Positions 26,886 through 31,763 of a stretch of 31,763 nucleotides of DNA are shown here, one piece after another. The notes under the pieces are model-generated. The model saw only the letters and a program-made list of their open reading frames with translations. It searched no databases and was not told the origin of the DNA. The stretch is from the UHGV virus genome UHGV-0245672; one strand, given 5' to 3'. The stretch comes from a virus. Made by a program: the position numbers and the translations under genes. Position 1 is the stretch's first letter, and every line of letters starts with the position of its first letter.

Positions 26886-27908
26886 TCAGCCCTCTGCTGG
26901 TTCGGAAACCTTGCCGATGGTCACGGCGGATTCATCAATGGCCGCATACAGCTCCGGCACTTCAACCGCATAGCCTTCGTTACGCAGGTATTTGTTTTCG
27001 AACTGCTTACGGTCTTCAACAAATTCCGCCTTACGCATACGGGTGTTGCGCTGGGTGTAGATATGCAAATTAGAAAGCGGCGTGACGACCATACGTTTAC
27101 CCGGCATAAACGGCGGGATAACAGCAGGACGGCCAGCAATGGTGCTTCCCAGCATCTGCGCCGCAATTTTCTCAGTCGGGCGGTCTGCGGCCTGATACAG
27201 CCGGTATTGTTCAGCAGCAACCAGATCAGCACCGACCAGAACCACCAGGCGCGGGTCATTGCGGAACTGTGCCGGAATCTTGGCGTTAATCAGGTCAGAA
27301 GCCATTGCATCCAGTGACTTGTAATCACCGGCCTCATCCAGCACGACCGGATCGGTCATAATCTGATTACCACCCAGCAGCGTTTTCATACGCTCATGCC
27401 AGCCGATGTTTACATCTTCACCGTTCGGGTTATCCGTTGGATTCGTCGTTTTGGCACGGCTCTTACCGTTAAAACCAATACGCAGCATATCCAGCGCAAA
27501 CGCCTGTGTGGTAAACGCCTGGACCAGGTTGTAAAACTCGTTTTCGTCCTTACCGGCATTGGCCCAGACCGAAAGCAGATCCCAGCGCAGTGCGGCGCAG
27601 CTGTCCGTTTCAACCAGTGAATAGTCATTGCCGTCCACGCCAACCTGACGAACAAAGCGGCCATTTTCACTGCGGCCGGTATGCAGCACGGAGGAACCGA
27701 CAGAAATCACCTGGCCACTCAGTTGGTCAACATCCAGACAGGTGATCATGTTCAGGAACTCCACGGACTCCAGCAGCGCCAGACGCAGCGCATTTTCCTG
27801 CGGGTCATTCAGGGAAAAATAACGACTGGTATCACGTGCGCCAAACTGCTGCGCCATACCACTCGAATATTTATCCAGTAAATCCCGTGCACGATTATTA
27901 AGGTGCAT
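26886..27908 (-). CDS. N: Major capsid protein gpN.
   Basis: 340 aa, colinear with P2 gpN (IGFNGKSRAKTTNP..., VVLVGADLVAAEQY..., LSNLHIYTQ). Confidence 0.88.
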   Translation of the reverse strand: MHLNNRARDLLDKYSSGMAQQFGARDTSRYFSLNDPQENALRLALLESVEFLNMITCLDVDQLSGQVISVGSSVLHTGRSENGRFVRQVGVDGNDYSLVETDSCAALRWDLLSVWANAGKDENEFYNLVQAFTTQAFALDMLRIGFNGKSRAKTTNPTDNPNGEDVNIGWHERMKTLLGGNQIMTDPVVLDEAGDYKSLDAMASDLINAKIPAQFRNDPRLVVLVGADLVAAEQYRLYQAADRPTEKIAAQMLGSTIAGRPAVIPPFMPGKRMVVTPLSNLHIYTQRNTRMRKAEFVEDRKQFENKYLRNEGYAVEVPELYAAIDESAVTIGKVSEPAEG

Positions 27909-27969
27909 AAAACTCCCTCGCGATTAAGCGATAATAAAAATGTTTTGTACTAATTAACGTCAGAACGTA

Positions 27970-28773
27970 TTACAGGAAATTAAATTTACCCGCTTTTTCT
28001 GAAATCTTGCGCCCTGGTGTACGGGTAGATTTATTACCCAGATCGTTAAAACGTTTAACAATATCTTTTGCATTATCACGAATAGCCGCAAATTCTTCGG
28101 TATCGACCACTTCCGCAATGGTATCCACATCACCCTGAACATCATTGAGCTGATTTTCAATTTTAGCCACACGGCCTTCCAGTTCGTTTAACGCGTTGGC
28201 CAGTGCCTGTAACTTATCATCACCCTGCGCGGTATCATCAGGCGGTGTTTCATCTTCAAACTTCGGTTTAATACCAAACAATTTTTGCCAGTTCTTCATT
28301 CGTATATCCTGTTTAATTTTTCCGTCACGGGAAATCACACAACTGTAATATCCCTGCTTAGATAATTTTTTGCGCCGACTACTAAAGCGCAGCCGTGTGG
28401 TGCCAACACTGGCGGGAGTATCTGTTACCGCCAGCCCCTTGAGGTATGTACGCCCACTACCGCGCCAGTTCTCATCCGGTTCAACCGAGAAGAACAGGAG
28501 CTGATCTTCATGGTTGGCGAAAATTAAACGCATATTCGGGCAAAGGCTGACGTAAAGCCGCGCCAGTCCATCGTCGCCATCATGCCAGGTGGCTTCCAGT
28601 ACCTCCCCAAAATTACCGCAATCATTCTCGTGTTCAGGCCAGATTAAAGCGACATAATGGTTATAGTCATAGGTTTCCCCCATATCGATAATCCACTGGC
28701 GTTTAATTTCTCTGCCGTCAACGGTATCCCCTTCGGTAGCAACACACAGCCAGTCAGTTTTTAAATGCGACAT
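27970..28773 (-). CDS. O: Capsid scaffolding protein gpO.
   Basis: 267 aa. VATEGDTVDGREI..., LKGLAVTDTPASVGT and a coiled-coil C-terminus as in P2 gpO. Confidence 0.85.
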   Translation of the reverse strand: MSHLKTDWLCVATEGDTVDGREIKRQWIIDMGETYDYNHYVALIWPEHENDCGNFGEVLEATWHDGDDGLARLYVSLCPNMRLIFANHEDQLLFFSVEPDENWRGSGRTYLKGLAVTDTPASVGTTRLRFSSRRKKLSKQGYYSCVISRDGKIKQDIRMKNWQKLFGIKPKFEDETPPDDTAQGDDKLQALANALNELEGRVAKIENQLNDVQGDVDTIAEVVDTEEFAAIRDNAKDIVKRFNDLGNKSTRTPGRKISEKAGKFNFL

Positions 28774-28934
28774 ATCCCCCCTGATTTATTCACCGACGCT
28801 GCAAATCAATTATTGCCAAATAAAACCACCACCGCATCACGCTTTATTCTGAACAGTTCGGTTATCACGTATTACCGAACAGACGCGAATTAACACCGCC
28901 GTTTTTTCATAACAGCCACGGCATAATTATCCGC
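28774..28934. promoter_or_regulatory. Divergent late promoter region (PO/PP equivalents). Contains the dyad GTTCGGT-N11-ACCGAAC at 28855-28879, a candidate binding site for the Ogr/B-type activator.
   Basis: 7-bp perfect inverted repeat 56-80 nt upstream of the gpP ATG. In P2, late promoters carry an activator dyad centred near -55. Confidence 0.45.
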
Positions 28935-30710
28935 ATGGCTAAATACTCAGAAGAACTAAAAGGCGTTGTCCGCGCACTTTATTTGCGCCGCTATACGCCC
29001 AAAGAAATTGCATCAGAATTAAATCTGCCGAATGCGCGGATCGTTTACTACTGGGCTGAGAAATACAGCTGGGCTGATTTACTCAGTTTTGAAAGCACAG
29101 AGGAGGCAATCGAACGCCGCTACCAGCTGCTGGCCAGCCGCGATAATAAAACCGATCTCGACCTGAAAGAAATGGACATGCTGATTGCCCACGCCACAAA
29201 GCTGCGTGCTCAAAGCAATAAGCATAAAGAAAAGATGGCCAGCGGCCAGAGTAACGGGCAGGCAGCTGCGCGGGACAGCAACAACGATGAACCCCGCCCC
29301 AAACGCAAAAACAGGAAAAACGATATTTCTTCTCTGACTCAGGCGGATTTTGACACCTGGGCGGAAGAACATCTTTTTGAATACCAGAAACACCTGCGCA
29401 GGAATATTGGCCAGCAGGTCAGGAACATCCTTAAAAGCCGCCAGATTGGTGCCACCTGGTATTTTGCATTTGAAGCCTTTGAAAACGCGGTCATGACAGG
29501 CGATCCGCAAATCTTCCTGTCTGCCTCCAAAGTCCAGGCGGAATACTTCCGGTCTTACATCGTCAACATTGCAGAGCAGTATTTTGGCATCACGCTGACC
29601 GGCAACCCGATCCGCCTCAGCAACGGCGCTGAACTGCGTTTTCTCTCAACCAACAAAAACACGGCACAGTCCTACAGTGGCCACCTGTACTGTGACGAAT
29701 ATTTCTGGGTGCCTAACTTCGCCAGGCTTAACGAAGTGGCCAGCGCAATGGCCACCCATGACAAATGGCGTACCACCTACTTTTCAACGCCCTCAGCCAA
29801 AACGCACCAGGCTTACCCGTTCTGGACGGGTGAAGAATGGAAACAGGGCAGCAAAAAACGCGCGGCCGCCCAGTTCCCGTCCTTTGATGAAATGCGTAAC
29901 GGCGGACGGCTTTGCCCGGATGGTCAGTGGCGCTATGTCATCACGATGGAGGATGCCATTGCGGGCGGCTTCAACCTGGCCAACATCGAGAAGCTGCGCA
30001 ACCGCTACAACACCGCCACCTTCAACATGCTCTATATGTGCGTGTTCGTGGACAGCAAGGATTCCGTATTCAGCTTTTCTGACCTGGAAGCCTGCGGTGT
30101 GGAGGTGGACACCTGGCAGGATCACAACCCGGACGCTGCACGGCCATTTGGTGACAGGCCAGTATGGGGAGGCTTTGACCCGGCACGCAGCGGCGATTTG
30201 TCGTGTTTTGTGATTATTGCCCCGCCGATGTACGCCGCAGAGAAATTCCGCGTTCTGAAGGTTATTAACTGGAAGGGCATGAACTTCCGCTATCAGGCCA
30301 GGCAGATCGAACTCCTGTTTAAAAAATACAACTTCACCTATCTGGGAGTGGACGTTACCGGTATTGGCCAGGGTGTTTTTGACAACATCCAGCACTTTGC
30401 CATGCGCGTTGCCGTCGCCATTCGTTACGACATGAACACGAAAAATCAGCTGGTACTGAAAGCGGCGGACGTGGTGGAAAGCCAGCGTATTGAATGGGAC
30501 AAAAACCTGAAAGAGATCCCGGCCAGCTTTATGGCTGTACGCCGCACCACCACGCAAAGCGGTAACGCCATGACATTTGTCGCTGACCGCAGCCAGGACA
30601 CTGGCCACGCAGAGGCATTCTGGGCCATTACCCACGCCCTGCATAACGAACCACTCAACTACGAAAACAAACCGAAATCCCGCTGGGGTGTAAGGAAAGA
30701 GGCTGCATGA
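28935..30710 (+). CDS. P: Terminase large (ATPase) subunit gpP.
   Basis: 591 aa. N-terminus LYLRRYTPKEIASEL resembles P2 gpP. Divergent from gpO as in P2. Confidence 0.9.
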   Translation: MAKYSEELKGVVRALYLRRYTPKEIASELNLPNARIVYYWAEKYSWADLLSFESTEEAIERRYQLLASRDNKTDLDLKEMDMLIAHATKLRAQSNKHKEKMASGQSNGQAAARDSNNDEPRPKRKNRKNDISSLTQADFDTWAEEHLFEYQKHLRRNIGQQVRNILKSRQIGATWYFAFEAFENAVMTGDPQIFLSASKVQAEYFRSYIVNIAEQYFGITLTGNPIRLSNGAELRFLSTNKNTAQSYSGHLYCDEYFWVPNFARLNEVASAMATHDKWRTTYFSTPSAKTHQAYPFWTGEEWKQGSKKRAAAQFPSFDEMRNGGRLCPDGQWRYVITMEDAIAGGFNLANIEKLRNRYNTATFNMLYMCVFVDSKDSVFSFSDLEACGVEVDTWQDHNPDAARPFGDRPVWGGFDPARSGDLSCFVIIAPPMYAAEKFRVLKVINWKGMNFRYQARQIELLFKKYNFTYLGVDVTGIGQGVFDNIQHFAMRVAVAIRYDMNTKNQLVLKAADVVESQRIEWDKNLKEIPASFMAVRRTTTQSGNAMTFVADRSQDTGHAEAFWAITHALHNEPLNYENKPKSRWGVRKEAA

Positions 30711-31763
30711 GTAAAAAAAACCGCTTCGTTAAGCGCAACCCGCGCGGCGATAAGTCAAAAAAAATGAGCATCATTACTTTCGGCAAACCGGAACCCGTGC
30801 TGACTACCGGCACGGATTACCGCGACATCTGGTACGACAATGCCGCCGATCACTTTACCCAGCCGATTGACCGGCTGGCACTGGCACAGCTCATCAATCT
30901 GAACGGTCAGCATGGCGGCATCATCCATGCCCGGAAAAACATGATTGTGTCCGACTATCTGGGCGGTGGCCTGACTTACGACCAGCTGGAAGCCGCGGCG
31001 TTTGACTATACAACCTTCGGTGATATTGCGATTGGCAAAATCCGCAATGGATGGGGGGATGTGATTGCCCTGGAACCTTTACCCGGCCTGTATATCCGCC
31101 GCCGTAAAGTCAGGGACAACGCCACAGATCAGCCCGGCGATTATGTGGTATTGCAGGACGGTGAACCGCAGGTATGGCCGCAGGAAGATATCATTTTTAT
31201 CAAGATGTACGACCCGCAGCAGCATATTTACGGGCTGCCCGACTATATCGGCGGCGTACACTCGGCATTGCTTAACAGTGAAGCCGTCATTTTTCGCCGC
31301 CGCTACTACCACAACGGCGCTCATACTGGCGGCATTCTCTATACACGCGATCCCAGCATGACGGATGAAATGGAAGAAGAAATTGAACAGCAGCTGCGTG
31401 ACAGCAAAGGTATCGGCAACTTCTCCACTATTCTGGTGAACATTCCAGGCGGGGATGGGGATGCGATCAAGTTTATTGAAATGGGGGATATCTCTGCAAA
31501 AGATGAATTTGCCAACATCAAAAACATCAGTGCACAGGACATTCTCAACGCACACCGCTTTCCGGCAGGGCTGGCCGGAATTGTCCCGCAGAATACTGCC
31601 GGTCTGGGGGATGTCGAAAAGGCGGAAAGGATTTACAAGAAAAGCGAGATAGCGCCTATTCAGCGCCGGTTTATGACTGCCGTGAACAACGATCCCGAAA
31701 TACCGGAACGTCTGCACCTTAACTTTGATTTAAGTTACACAGAATCAACGGATAAGGATGCGC
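30707..31763 (+). CDS. Q: Portal protein gpQ. Partial: the ORF runs off the 3' end of the window.
   Basis: ATG at 30707 overlaps the gpP stop (ATGA). The frame stays open to the window end (352 codons). Position matches the P2 Q-P arrangement. Confidence 0.8.
   Translation, partial: MSKKNRFVKRNPRGDKSKKMSIITFGKPEPVLTTGTDYRDIWYDNAADHFTQPIDRLALAQLINLNGQHGGIIHARKNMIVSDYLGGGLTYDQLEAAAFDYTTFGDIAIGKIRNGWGDVIALEPLPGLYIRRRKVRDNATDQPGDYVVLQDGEPQVWPQEDIIFIKMYDPQQHIYGLPDYIGGVHSALLNSEAVIFRRRYYHNGAHTGGILYTRDPSMTDEMEEEIEQQLRDSKGIGNFSTILVNIPGGDGDAIKFIEMGDISAKDEFANIKNISAQDILNAHRFPAGLAGIVPQNTAGLGDVEKAERIYKKSEIAPIQRRFMTAVNNDPEIPERLHLNFDLSYTESTDKDA

Noticed and set aside
26277-27317. 346-aa plus-strand ORF, and several other long plus-strand ORFs (for example 26302-26817, 24522-24839, 25178-25480, 13911-14441, 12221-12631), antisense to the capsid and tail genes.
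   Set aside because: They lie entirely antisense to well-supported GC-rich structural genes. Their composition is biased (Arg/Ala/Ser/Pro-rich), which is typical of spurious antisense ORFs in high-GC DNA. No Shine-Dalgarno or coupling is present.
28782-28808. TGATTT-N15-AAATCA dyad as a second activator site for the gpO promoter.
   Set aside because: Only 6-bp arms in AT-rich DNA, and it lies very close to the gpO start codon. Could be chance. Mentioned but not called as a feature.
1-31763. Searched for CRISPR arrays, tRNA or tmRNA genes, IS elements or transposases, and toxin-antitoxin pairs.
   Set aside because: No spaced direct-repeat arrays, no tRNA-like 3' ends (GGTTCGAnTCC...CCA) near att, and no transposase or TA-like ORFs were seen. 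The only recombinase is the phage tyrosine integrase.

Overview
The window is an almost complete temperate phage genome of the P2/186 family, with the lysogeny switch most like coliphage 186. On the forward strand it reads in order:
- an Ogr/B-type zinc-finger late activator with its own terminator;
- a leftward early operon: P2 gpA-type rolling-circle replication initiator, a 2-TM peptide, a Dam-like N6-adenine methyltransferase, several small unknown ORFs, 186-type CII, and an Apl/Cox-like excisionase;
- a divergent switch region, then a 186-type CI repressor;
- an AT-rich cargo gene (frameshifted, 2-TM N-terminus plus a WYL-like C-terminal domain);
- a P2-type tyrosine integrase, followed by arm-type repeats and a hairpin (attP region);
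- an AT-rich accessory island carrying a 578-aa AIPR/Abi-like putative abortive-infection gene with its own promoter and terminator, and a 110-aa secreted moron;
- a minus-strand late morphogenesis block: fused hub-spike, two unassigned tail-operon proteins, tail-fibre assembly protein, tail fibre H, gpI, gpJ, gpW, tape measure, E/E' chaperone with a -1 slippery heptamer, Rz/Rz1, M15 endolysin, holin, tube, sheath, gpS-like, gpR-like, gpL, gpM, gpN, gpO;
- divergent gpP terminase and a partial gpQ portal at the right end.

No tRNA, CRISPR array or IS element was seen. The most interesting candidates are the AT-rich AIPR-like single-gene defence cargo next to int/att and the frameshifted membrane-anchored WYL-like gene between cI and int. 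Tail and lysis gene order differs from P2. All homology statements are from reading the sequence and recall of family motifs. No database search was run.
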